From: Macrostomum lignano
Lineage: Eukaryota
Direction of reading: 5' to 3'
DNA: 64,000 nucleotides
NCBI GenBank assembly: GCA_002269645.1
Contig: NIVC01000517.1
Span: forward strand, 275,043-339,042
Positions 1 through 12,022 of this stretch are shown here, in pieces. The notes beneath the pieces were generated by a model. The model made no database searches. It saw nothing but the letters and a program-made list of their open reading frames with translations, and was not told the origin of the DNA. The position numbers and the translations under genes are program-made. Position 1 is the first letter of the stretch; each line of letters opens with the position of its first letter.

Positions 1-1534
1 TGCTAATTCATAATAATTTATATTTCATATTATATTATAATAATAAAAAGCATTTGTTAAAGGGTTAATAGTTTTCTTTTTCAAACCAGTATTACTTTTT
101 GTTAGGCAATAATTACCTAAAGCTTATACAAGTTATTTTCAAAATTTAAAGTGCCTCAAATTCCATAGTTTGGATCATTTATTAGTGTACGTTGGGTCTA
201 GTGGGGGAAAAGTATAAGACCACATTTGTACGCTGAGACTAAAAAAATGTTTTCAATGATGTACATGGCCCTAGTTGTACATTTTTTTCAATTTTGAATT
301 GATTATTCATACAGAGTAACAAACTTAAAAATAATGCACTTATGGAATATATACTAAGAAAAGAAAATTTTAAAAGAATACTTTTAATACTTTTTATGAG
401 CTAAAAAAATTAAAAATTACTAAAGCATTATGGACAAGCATACAAACAAACCTTAGAAATCTAGTAGATTTAGAAGATTGGTAAGAGTGTCAGTTTTGCC
501 TTATTATTTCTGTAGGTATAATTTAAGTTGGTTTAAAATGAAAATATTTGTAATGAAGAATTATTGTACAAAAGCCTTTCTTAAAAATTTTATATGTGAA
601 AACTGAATGACCTTTTAAGAGGAATTTTTGGCATACTTTAGTACTACTAAATTTTAAGGAATTTTTTTGTTTTTGTCATACACTAGCATATATTTAGATG
701 AGCTAGGATTCTTGTTCCGGCGTACACTACTACACGATCCACAAACTGGATTTTATATAAAGTCACTTAATTGGTCCTAATATGCATGCCAGTATGCCAT
801 AGATATAAGCTAAAAATATTCTACTATGTCATATATGCTGGGATATATGCTGATATACATTGAAAAATAGCAAGTACCCTTGTCAAATGCTAGGAAATCC
901 TAGCGTCCATATCATTTTCCAAACTATGGCTTAAATTGAATTACTTTTTTTATAGGGAAGAAGGCTTTATAAGACCAAAATTTCACAATGACAAAAACTC
1001 AATATGCAAGGCCTTCCAAAGGAGCAAAATTTCATCAAGAACAAAATTTCTTAATGCCAAAAATACTGCATGGTCCTTATTATATATTAAGTTTTCAATG
1101 ATGTTAAATTATTTACATAATTGATATTAGGGCCTATATGGCTATATATATGGCCATATTATGTGAATAACTTGTCGCATGTTATTTTGTATGTTATTCC
1201 GCACATTATTCTACATGTTATTTGGCATGTTACTAGGCATTTTCCACGATGTTCTGTATAAAATTTAAAAGTAATTTTTCAATATTTGATACATTTTAAA
1301 TGTAAAGCAAAAGTCTACATGTACATGAGCTTGTTATACTCGCGTATTTTCCTGGATTGCGACTACTACAATGCCATTCGTAAAATTATAATTGACTGCA
1401 ACAGCGTACTGTAGTTGCAGAGTTGTAAGTTGGGTTACAGAGTTGCATGCACAGAGGCGGGGTTGCGGAGAGGTTAGAGAAAAAGAAGAGAAGAGTGACT
1501 ACTTAAAAATGAAAACCAAAACATTAATACGTAT

Positions 1535-1810
1535 CATACATGCGCAACTGCTGGCTGACCTGGCCGATCTGGCCACCGTAAATTGTGGTGGACCAGGGGT
1601 AAGTCGCAAAAATGCCACCCCAAAGAATACGGATGTAGTACTAATTAGATTCCGAAGCATTTAGGCCTGATAAGACAGTCATAGTTACTCCTGCCGTTAA
1701 CCTAAATAAGTGTTAATTTTGCTTTAGGGTTTCTTTCACAGGTAAGTCGCATTTTTGGTCAAAAAGTAAGTCGCATGGCCAGTGTAAATCAGGGGGGTTG
1801 CACATGTATG
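1535..1810. mobile_element. 276-bp non-autonomous hAT-type MITE
   Basis: Ends CATACATGCGCAAC / GTTGCACATGTATG form a 14-bp TIR with 1 mismatch. Perfect 8-bp direct repeat ATACGTAT at 1527-1534 and 1811-1818. Three internal GTAAGTCGC motifs are shared with the hairpin MITEs. Confidence 0.85.
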
Positions 1811-2046
1811 ATACGTATAATCCATAGGAAGTAGTGTGATATAGTTAGAATATCAGAAATAAATGGTTAAAGCCCAATTTCTTAACTTAGTATTTTAGTA
1901 CTTCACTAGCAATCTTCGCCCCCCGATAGGGGACATCTAGATAGAATCTCTGTTCTCTACAAGTATCAATAAGATAACCAAACAAAGCCTTCACATAGTC
2001 AATAGAAAAACTGCTCAGATGAAGTGCAATGCAAAAAGAAAACATC

Positions 2047-2405
2047 CTAAGACAGCAAGCATCCCCTCAGATAGCAAGCACCTCCAGATAGCAAGCACCC
2101 CCCCAGATAGCAGGCACCCCCAGTTAGCAAGCACCCCCCAGATAGCAGGCACCCCCAGATAGCAGGCACCCCCAGATAACAGGCACCCCCAGATAGCAAG
2201 CACCCCCAGATAGCAAGCACCCCCAGATAGCAGGCACCCCAGATAGCAGGCACCCCCAGATAGCAAGCACTTCCAGATAGCAAGCACCCCCAGATAGCAA
2301 GCACTTCCAGATAGCAAGCACCCCCAGATAGCAAGCACCACCAGATAGCAAGCACCCCCAGATAGCAGGCTCTCCCAGATAGCAAGCACCCCCAGATAGC
2401 AAGCG
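2047..2405. repeat. 19-20 bp minisatellite (CCCCCAGATAGCAAGCAC)n
   Basis: Direct tandem units; source of the spurious ORFs at 2015-2455. Confidence 0.95.
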
Positions 2406-5060
2406 ACATGGTGGCTTTTTACTGTTCGACATGGTGGCTCTTTAATGTTTGACATGGTGGCTCTTTAATGTTCGAAATGGTGGCTCTTTAATGTTTGACA
2501 TAAAGTCACATACATGTTTGACATGGTGGCTCTTTAATGTTTTACATGGTGGCTCTTTAATGTTTGACATAAAGTCACATACATGTTTGACATGGTGGCT
2601 CTTTAATGTTTTACATGGTGGCTCTTTAATGTTTGACATGGTGGTTCTTTAATGTTCGACATGGTGGTTATTTAATGTTTGACATGGTGGCTCTTTAATG
2701 TGCAACATGGTGGCTCTTTAATGTTCTACATGGTGGCCCTTTAATGTTCGACATGGTGGCTCTTTACTGTTAGACATGGTGGCTCTTTAATGTTCGATAT
2801 GGTGGCACTTTAATGTTTGACATCATGCCAGATTTATGTTTGACATGGTGGCTCTTTAATGTTCGACATGGTGGCTCCTTTAGATTTGACATAATGGCTC
2901 TTTAATGTTTGACATGGTGGCTCTTTAATGATCGATATGGTGGCTCTTTTATGTTAGACATGGTGGCTCTTTTAGGTTTGACTTGATGGCACTTTTATGT
3001 TTTGACATGGTGGCTCTTTAATGTTTTACATGGTGGCTCTTTAATGTATGACATAATGGCTCTTTTATGTTTGACAATGTGGCTCTTTAATGTTTTACAT
3101 GCTGGCTCTTAAATGTACGACATAATGGCTCTTTTATGTTTGACAATGTGGCTCTTTAATGTTTTACATGGTGGATCTTTAATGTTCGACATGGTGGCTC
3201 TTTAATGTTTGACATAAAGTCACACATATTTTTGACATGGTGGCTCTTAAATGTTTGACATGGTGGCTCTTTTATGTTCGACATGGTGGCTCTTTTTAAT
3301 ATCTAACATGGTGGCTCATCTATGTTTGAAATGGTGGCTCTTTAATGTTTAACATGGTGGCTCTTTAATGTTTCACATGGTGGCTCTTTAATGTTTAACA
3401 TGGTGGCTCTTTAATGTTCTTCATGATGTAGCTCTTTTGTGTTACACATAGTGGCACTTAAACGTTCGACATGGTTGCTCTTTAATGTTTGACATAAAGT
3501 CACATATATGTTTGACATGGTGGCTCTTAAATGTTTGACATGGTGGCTCTTAAATGTTTGACATGGTGGCTCTTAAATGTTTGACATGGTGGCTCTTTTA
3601 TGTTCGACATGGTGGCTCTTAAATGTTCGACATGGTGGCTCTTTAATGTTCGACATGGTGGCTCTTTAATGTTCGACATGGTGGCTCTTTTAGGTTTGAC
3701 ATGGTAGCTCTTAAATGTTTGACATGGTGGCTCTTTAATGTTTCACATGGTGGCTCTTTAATGTTTCACATGGTGGCTCTTTAATGTTTCACATGGTGGC
3801 TCTTTAATGTTTCACATGGTGGCTCTTTAATGTTTAACATGGTGGCTCTTTAATGTTCTTCATGATGTAGCTCTTTTATGTTACACATAGTGGTACTTTA
3901 ACGTTCGACATGGTGGCTCTTTAAGGTTTGACATAAAGTCACATATGTGTTTGACATGGTGGCTCTTAAATGTTTGACATGGTGGCTCTTAAATGTTTGA
4001 CATGGTGGCTCTTTAATGTTTGACATGGTGGCTCTTTTATGTTCGACATGGTGGCTCTTTAATGTTTCACATGGTGGCTCTTTAATGTTTCACATGGTGG
4101 CTCTTTAATATTCTACATGGTGGCTCTTTTATGTTTGACATGGTGGCTCTTTAATGTTCTTCATGGTATAGCTCTTTTATGGTAGACATAGTGGCTCTTT
4201 AATGTTTGACAATGTGGCTCTTAAATTTTTGACATGGTGGCTCTTTAATGTTCGACATGGTGGCTCTTTAATGTTTCACATGGTGGCTCTTTAATATTCT
4301 ACATGGTGGCTCTTTTATGTTTGACATGGTGGCTCTTTAATGTTCTTCATGGTATACCTCTTTTATGGTAGACATAGTGGCTCTTTAATGTTTGACAATG
4401 TGGCTCTTTAATGTCTGACATGTTGGCTCTTTAATGTTCGACATGGTGGCTCTTTAATGTTCGACATGGTGGCTCTTTATTGGTCAAAATGGTGGCTCTT
4501 CTATGTTCGACATGGTGGCTCTTTAATGTTTGACATGTTGGCTCCTAATTTTTTAACATAGTGGCTCTTTAATGTTCAAAATGGTGGCTCTTTAATGTTC
4601 GAAATGGTGGCTCTTTAATGTTGGAAATGGTGGCTCTTTTATGTTTGACATAGTGGGTCTTTTATGTTTGACATGGTGGGTCTTTTATTTTTGACATGGT
4701 GGCTCTTTAATGTTCGACAAAGTGGCTCTTTAATGTTTGACATGGTGGCTCTTAAATGTTTGACATGGTGGCTCTTTAATGTTTGAAATGGTGGCTCTTT
4801 TATATTCGACATGGTGGCTCTTAAATGTTTGACATGGTGGCTCTTTAATGTTCGAAATGGTGGCTCTTTTATGTTCGACATGGTGGCTCTTAAATGTTTG
4901 ACATGGCGGCTCTTTAATGTTCGAAGTGGTGGCTCTTTTATGTTTGACATGGTGGCTCTTTTATGTTTGACATGGTGGCTCTTTAATGTTCGACATGGTG
5001 GCTCTTCTATGTTTGACATGGTAACTCTTATGTTCGATATGTTGGCTCTTCTATGTTTGA
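2406..5060. repeat. 23-bp minisatellite (GACATGGTGGCTCTTTAATGTTC/T)n, about 2.6 kb
   Basis: More than 100 tandem units with an interspersed GACATAAAGTCACA variant. Confidence 0.97.
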
Positions 5061-5127
5061 AATTGCGCTTCTTTGATGTTTAGCAGTTTTGTTGTGTTTT
5101 TAAGGTGTTTTAATAAAAAAATCTCTT

Positions 5128-5193
5128 TGCACTACTAAGATTCGAACCCAAGTCGCTACATTAGCATTCCAGTCTGTTCGCATCTTGGCTATC
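5128..5193 (-). other. Degenerate tRNA-derived (SINE-head-like) remnant
   Basis: Minus strand reads TAGCCAAGATG (A-box-like) then GGGTTCGAATC (B box); the stems do not form a full cloverleaf. Confidence 0.4.
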
Positions 5194-5799
5194 TCTTTTC
5201 AATTGGAGAACATGAATTGTGGCCCTTATAATTCAATTCTTACAGCAAGTCAATTGGAGTAAAAAGTTATGACATAATCAATTTCTCAGTCAGCCAGTAT
5301 CAGTCTCAATTCAAGTTAGCAATATGGTTACGCAATTTTAATCAAGTTGTGTGTGCATTTCTTCGGCTCTGTTTTCAACTTGTTGTGATGCAATCTATAT
5401 CACAATCGGAATTGAGCCAGTCAGTTTTTTCTCTAGCATTCTTACAATGCATTTCAAGTCGAAAAGTTTGCTTGACCTTTGCAAAAAAGCATGTTTTTCG
5501 AATATTTAATCCCTTTAACATTGAGCAATTTCTTAGCCAAGATGCATGTACCGTCCCAGGAAAATTTCTGATCGAATGGTGCAAGTTTGAAGAAAACCGG
5601 TTAAGCCATTTTTTCTGAAATCAATCGCATACCCATATACAGACAACTCATTTTTAGTATATAGGATTTCTTACCCATCTGTCGTGCTTTTTTCATTTCG
5701 CGGCATTTTTGGCCACCTGGTCTTCGCCACAATGCCAACATAGTTTGGCTGAATTTTGTGCAAAATTTAGTAGATTACGCCAGATGACGAGGTGGTACT

Positions 5800-5990
5800 G
5801 CAAAACAGCTTGTGCAGAATAACATGCAGAATAACATAGGGAATAATGTGCAGAATAATATGCAGAATAATGTGCAGAATAATGTGCAGAATACTGTGCG
5901 GAACAACATGCGGAATAACTAGTGGAACATGCAGAATAACGTGCAAAATAACATGCCAAATAACATGCGTAATAACATGCGGTGTATGTT
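5800..5990. repeat. 12-bp degenerate tandem repeat (GCAGAATAACAT)n; inverted relative at about 1160-1255
   Basis: Tandem units visible; 1160-1255 carries the reverse complement (ATGTTATT... units). Confidence 0.7.
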
Positions 5991-6275
5991 ACACTCATGC
6001 CATATATGGCTATATATACATAAAATGCCAGCTAACAAAATGCCAGTTGACAAAATATCTAGTCACCTCTATTTGGATTAGGGCCTACATTTGGTTTAAA
6101 TATGGTTAATATGGATTGAAAAAAGACTATGGCTATCTATGGCTATTTATTAGGTTATATTGATATACATAATTTAGATAGGCTTTTTTCGAAGTTAAAA
6201 CAAGATAAGAACTTTTTTATATGATATTCTATAAATGTATATAATTAGGCCTACTTAAAATGTTTTGAAACATAC

Positions 6276-6601
6276 CTGAAATTCAATCCTGAAGCAGTTG
6301 AAGCTGAACTATCAGAAACTTTGTCTGAGGAAGATTTTGGCTTAATAGAAATAGCTCTAGGATTATCATTATTTGTTGGATTTGGAAGTGCTTTATGAAC
6401 TTCATGGCTATCATGTTCATGCTCATCTTCTTCTGGATCATAAAGATCAGAATCGGAAATTGTGACTGGGCCTTCGAATTTTGATGATTCAGAATTTATA
6501 GTATCATCATCTGAGGTGAAGGAGCTGCATTGTTTAAGACATACTAGAAGAAAAAATAGACCGAGCATGAAACAAATTCCTTTAGGTAAGGAATGCAACA
6601 T
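6276..6601 (-). CDS. Probable first coding exon of a secreted or membrane protein; downstream exons not identified
   Basis: ORF with a hydrophobic signal-like segment (ICFMLGLFFLLVCLKQCSS), then an acidic/His/Ser-rich stretch, ending at a canonical donor AG|GTATGT (6276/6275). Confidence 0.45.
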
Positions 6602-8039
6602 GTCACAAACGATAATTCATTGACATTCAAAAACGTGCTGATACTGAGAGAAACACAATCACAAAGGTCTACTAAGTAATTAGGCCAAGCTTAAGCAAAT
6701 TTGAATTCGAATTCGATCGACGACGACAAGTGTTAACTTACAAGCTACATAATTATTAACTTGGATCAAAAAGGGGGCTACAACTAACAACAGGAAATTT
6801 AGGTTTAGTAGTGCATCCCTTAACCCTACCATACGTGTACGTTTATGACAAAATATTAAATCATTTTGTTCACTAAACGTGTATTAGCTCAAAATTTAAG
6901 CAGAACTGATTTCTAAGAAGCTAAGGTTTACGAATTCAATTATAAAAAACAACAAACACTGGACATTGTAGGACGAAATATAAGGCTTGGAAAATAATCT
7001 TTTGAGATATCATGCTTTGCTTTATCTAAAACTCTTTAGGCTTTTTTCTGCTTGGATGCTTGTCTGATTCTGCTTAGTCATATATGTTGACGATTTTTAT
7101 CAGGCAAGGTAACCATGTAAAACAGCACGATGAAGTAATAAAATAATAAATTATAAGCTGGATTCTCATATTACATTGTCATCCAACATTTAGTAGAATG
7201 GTTGATGACAATGATTTGCAACGTAAGATGACAAAAAACACAAAACTAAACCGGAAATTCTTACACTTCTTTAGTATCTTTTTATTGGTGGATACGTAGC
7301 TGAAAATACAGTGGTCCTTGCCAAAATTTACTACAAGTCTTCGAATTATAAAAATAAATAATAACGATGCTAACAACGAATCAGCATCGAAATACGTAAT
7401 ACTTATTATTTTTTGGAATAATCACCTATAAATGAAGTAATTAGGTAATTCAAAATATTGCCTTTCAGATCGTATATTTTATTTAAGGTGACAATGGGAT
7501 CTTGATCAAGATGTGCTAACAAATACTTGAAATAACGAATTAACAAATAATTAAATGCTTTTGCTTTACTGAGATTAGTTTGTTTCCTGGAAAGATTTTT
7601 GCCGTGACCTTCCAGCGTTATTGAATAGTTAAGACCTCAACGTTCAAGAGGGCTATAGTCTCTGCAGTTTTTTTTATTTGCAGTCAATTTTAGTTTTACA
7701 TTGAATGAAATACATAGAACTATAAGCAAGGACGTGCGACTCTTTTTTTAAATATTGTCCCACACTTAGTCCTGGTCTTTCACTGATCTCAGGTCTAGCT
7801 TTGTCTCCCAGTCTCTGGTCCAGCATTTGGTGTACGTGTACCCATGGCTCGGGCTGTAGGTAGTGCAGTGCCTAGCTGATATCATTAGTTTTGTAAACAG
7901 TTTTTTTCTATGTATCGACATTGTAGCAAAAGAAGAAGGTTTTTGAAAGATTTTCACCTTGAAAATTTGCCTATCTATAACTATTACGTCTATTAGTAAT
8001 AGTATTAGTTTATTATTTTTTTAATATTAGGCCTAACTA

Positions 8040-8465
8040 CACTTAACTTTTGATTTTGACATTTTTTACTCAATTTTGTTTAACTTTGTATGGACCTACA
8101 AACCAGAACACACTAAAAGATCTAATCTTAATCCCAATCCCAAGAAAAAATTATTTATTCCCAATCCCAATCCTGCCCAAAGATTTCAATCCCATTGGAC
8201 CTCTAGGCTCGAACTCTAATATGAGTTAATAAACGTGCCTAACTAACCTATATATTGTAGTAAGAAATGCATCCTTAGCCATTGTATACCAAACTAAGCC
8301 TGGATGTAGAGGTCAGACAGGATTGAAATCTTTGGGCGGGATCGGGAATAATTTTTTTCTTGGGATTGGAATTGGGATTCGGGAATCGGGATCAGGTTTT
8401 TTAGTGTATTGTCCATGTAAAATTAAACAAAATTGAGAAAATATTGTCACGATCAAGAAGTAAAA
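8040..8465. repeat. Imperfect inverted repeat: arms of about 160 bp around a 100-bp spacer (likely TE ends)
   Basis: 8040-8207 (...GATTTCAATCC...GACCTCTA) is the reverse complement of 8308-8465 (TAGAGGTC...GGATTGAAATC...). Confidence 0.7.
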
Positions 8466-8980
8466 CACAACAAAATTGATATGAAGTTTTGTTTATGACA
8501 TACCACTATTAGCACCTAGAGCCAACGGGTCTCCACTCGGCGGATAAATGCATGCTCAGTCAGATTCAGTGTTGTCTAAATCTAAAATGCAACAGTGGGT
8601 GGCAGAGCAATGAGTAGTACTGTTTAAAATTTTAGAAAAAGAACTATAATTTTACTGTCACTAAGCAAGTAAATAAGTGATATACTGGTAAGTTTGTAAG
8701 TTGTAATGTACATTTAGTCATAGAGTTCAGGGGCCAGAAACTTATAATATCACTATTCAGCGATAGTAATAGATAAAAGAACATGCATTTTGCTCTAATT
8801 TGCTCATTTGCTGTATGGTTTATAGCTTGTATTTTCAATGATTGATTTATTATCTCTATAAATTTAGCACAAGAGAAGTCCAGGAGTTGCATAAAAGTAC
8901 CACAAAGATAGAATATATTATATATTTTTTCTTATCCTTAAAACAAGAAATAAGCTTTGTTCGCACAAGAGACATACTTG

Positions 8981-10509
8981 CTAGAAGGCTTTGTGTTGAC
9001 TTTTGAACCAAAAATGGCTATAAACGTTATCCAGAAGTCCTTCTGTCTCGCCAGAAGTGTCTAAAGTCTTCACCACATATTGGAAAGCATTGTGCACGTG
9101 ATGCAGGCTACACCTGCCAACATCAATGAGGTGTGGTAGCTCCTCCTTAAGTTTAGTGAGCAGACCATTGTTTTGACCTTTGGAATGTTTGGATGAATAG
9201 TGGCTTAATAATAAAAACTTAAGAAGGCATCAGGAAATTCACATTTAATACTCGTAATAAGGTTGTGAAAAAACTGCTAACTAATGAATTATTGTATTAC
9301 ATTATTACTAGCATACTATTTATAAAATATAAGACAATGACTAATGCTCGTAGGATCGTAGTAATAGCAAATGTGCATGTTGGTATTACATAATAGAGAC
9401 ATATACATGTAGTAGCATATGTAGCTGTCTAGCTAAATTACAAGCCTAAATATGCACATGGTTTCTCATAAATTTTCATTGTAAGTACATTCTTATTATT
9501 ATAGGGTAATTAGGACTAACAATTTATACAACTGAACAAGCTACTTCTGCAATTGGCTTACCTCACATTGCATTGTATGAGTCAGTCATCACGGAGAAAA
9601 CATGCTTAACAGGTATGTTCCCTTCACAAAGTAGTTCCTTAACAACTGTCTTCATTCCTTCAGCAATACTGTCCATCAGCTCTTTGATGTCAATCATTAC
9701 AATTGGGACATTTTGATGCTTGGTGGAGAATACTATAGCGAGTACTGCCAGGTAGGAATGATCACGTTTAGTGCCTTCATCCAGCATAATGGAGAAATGC
9801 AACTTGCAAAGAAGGTCAAACATTTGCTTGTTTGCAAATGATGCCAATGCCTCGTTACAAGATATGCCATTTTAGTTTTGCAGCAGGCAAATTCCTAAGC
9901 GATAGCATACATGCGCAACCTTGGGAATCACTCGGCCGTTTCTATTGGCAACACACACATGTAAGTCGCTATTGGCTGAAAGCAGTCATGTGACTACTAT
10001 TCCGTCCAATAGCGACTTACATGTGTGTGTTGCCAATAGAAACGGCCGGGTGAATCCCTAGGTTTCGCCCAAGCATGAGCGATAGCCAGAAATGCAACCA
10101 GAAGTAGCGATGTAAACTGGTCTACAAGGTTGAACAAAAGATCCTTTTGGGCCACCAGTATTGAAAAATGCAAATTGGCCGCCATTGCTTGCTCGCTGAC
10201 AGTAGCCGAACTCACAGCTTGCTTTGCTGGATCTTCACCCATAACCGAGAAGAAACTCGTCATAGTCTTCTGTTGGCCAATAGCAGAGATTTGACTTTTG
10301 TGATTTTGTCCATCAGCGTGCTGACGAATCGCACTGATTCCATGCTGCATTATGGAGAATGACCTCAAGCAGGCCCTGCAATAGGCCTTGCCTTCAATTT
10401 TGTCTTTTTGACACCACTTAGAGATTAGAAGGCCAGAGTTGTCTTTTTCTTGAAGCCAATCATTGTCCCATTTTGTGCCTCATTGACATGGCTTTGCTTT
10501 TAGAGGCAT
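8981..10509 (-). pseudogene. Decayed hAT-superfamily transposase with one intron, interrupted by a MITE
   Basis: Translation gives an N-terminal BED/TTF-like zinc finger (W..DW...KW...AYCRACLRSFS...GISAIRQH...H), then FSIMLDEGT, MTDSYNAM*G|QNNG and RCSLHHVHNAF (CxxH). Phase-1 intron at about 9178-9561; several in-frame stops. Confidence 0.85.
9906..10077 (+). mobile_element. 172-bp palindromic (hairpin) hAT MITE, copy 1
   Basis: CATACATG...CAAGCATG ends; perfect 8-bp TSD AGCGATAG (9898-9905, 10078-10085); arms of about 60 bp with a perfect 42-bp inverted core. Confidence 0.92.
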
Positions 10510-10978
10510 TATGCTTGTCTTTGATGCAAGAATCAACTCTGTCTGGACTCCGTCACTTTCTTGTTTACTTAGTTCAAAATCGATAACATGTCTTGATTTT
10601 AAAGTGAAATAAAAAGCAGACCCATGGGGTATGTAGGGTTGAGTATTCGCCGAGCCAAATTGGCCATTTTGGAGGGGTAGGGCTTGAAACTCGGGGTATT
10701 CTTTAAGGCCCCAATCAGCAACAACACAGTCAAAACACCCACCAGACTAAGGGATGGGTAAGGCCAAGTGGCAAGCCCCTAACTGACTGCTAGCAGTCTT
10801 TTTAGTTCTTTCTACATTATTCTAAAGAAAGTAAAGTGTGTACTTTTGCCTAGACTTAGAGTTAGAGGAAGGCAAACAATGTTGACTTAGTGTATGTAAC
10901 TATAAAACACATTTAGTACAGAATTGATAGCATTTCAAAGATAATAGCGCAATAGCACAGCTGAAACAAAATAGTGCA

Positions 10979-11148
10979 CATGCTTGGGCACAACCTTGGG
11001 ATTCACTTGGCCATTTCTATTAGCAACACACATGTAAGTTGCTATTGGATAGAATAGTAGTCACGTGACTGCTCTCAGCCAATAGCGACTTACATGTGTA
11101 TGTTGCCAATAGAAATGGCCAAGTGATTTCCAAGGTTGCACATGTATG
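10979..11148 (-). mobile_element. 170-bp palindromic hAT MITE, copy 2 (inverted)
   Basis: Reverse-complement homologue of 9906-10077; flanks ATAGTGCA / ATAGCGTA (6 of 8 match, degenerate TSD). Confidence 0.88.
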
Positions 11149-11692
11149 ATAGCGTAGTAGCGCTAAAATAGCGCAGGTGTGGCAACCTTGCTACCAAGCT
11201 ACACACCTTTGTCAGTGGGTACTTGGCATGGTTAAGCATGGTGCTAAGAAGTGCATTATAATTCTTGTTATTGACTACACCGTTATGAGTTGTAGATTTT
11301 ATAAACCATTCTGTTATCTATTTTGTTACACAAAACTCGGCTACAAGTGAATAAAATAGATGTATAAAAACCTGTATTCTCTATTATATATTTTTAAAAA
11401 CATAGTTCTTTGTGTCTTTCACTTAAGTAGTCATTGTATGCCTCATCAAATTTAATCTTGTTCACTCAATCATATTTGTTTATGTTTGCATTGGAATTTT
11501 TTAGTGACTAAAGTTTTTAGCTGACATATTTACCTAACTGTTTAAATACTTTAAGAGTCGAAGATATCATTAGAAAAATGATATAATTTTATAGCATTGT
11601 ATTATGAACATTTTAATTAACTTTTAACAGCTGCTATTTTATTTAACTTGCAGTTTGCCTGCTAACAACCCCAATCAAAACACTCAACAATA

Positions 11693-12022
11693 ATGGGCGG
11701 AATTCCTGACGGCGATGTAGAGAAGGGCAAAAAGATCTTCATCCAGCGCTGTCTGCAATGCCACACGGTTGAGAAGGGTGGCGCCCACAAGACCGGCCCG
11801 AATCTCAATGGCCTATTTGGTCGCAAAACCGGCCAAGCGCCCGGCTTCTCTTACACTGACGCCAACAAGTCCAAAGGCATCACGTGGGGCCCGGACACCC
11901 TGTTTGAGTACCTGCTCAACCCCAAGAAGTACATTCCGGGCACCAAGATGGTGTTCGCCGGACTGAAAAAGGAGAAAGACAGGGCCGACCTGATCGCCTA
12001 TCTGAAAGAGGCCACCAAGTAA
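11693..12022 (+). CDS. CYCS: Cytochrome c (mitochondrial-type, 109 aa, intronless)
   Basis: [10 protein letters not shown], haem motif [33 protein letters not shown] (axial Met). Acceptor-like TTGCAG about 40 nt upstream; AATAAA at about 12189. Confidence 0.99.
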   Translation: MGGIPDGDVEKGKKIFIQRCLQCHTVEKGGAHKTGPNLNGLFGRKTGQAPGFSYTDANKSKGITWGPDTLFEYLLNPKKYIPGTKMVFAGLKKEKDRADLIAYLKEATK

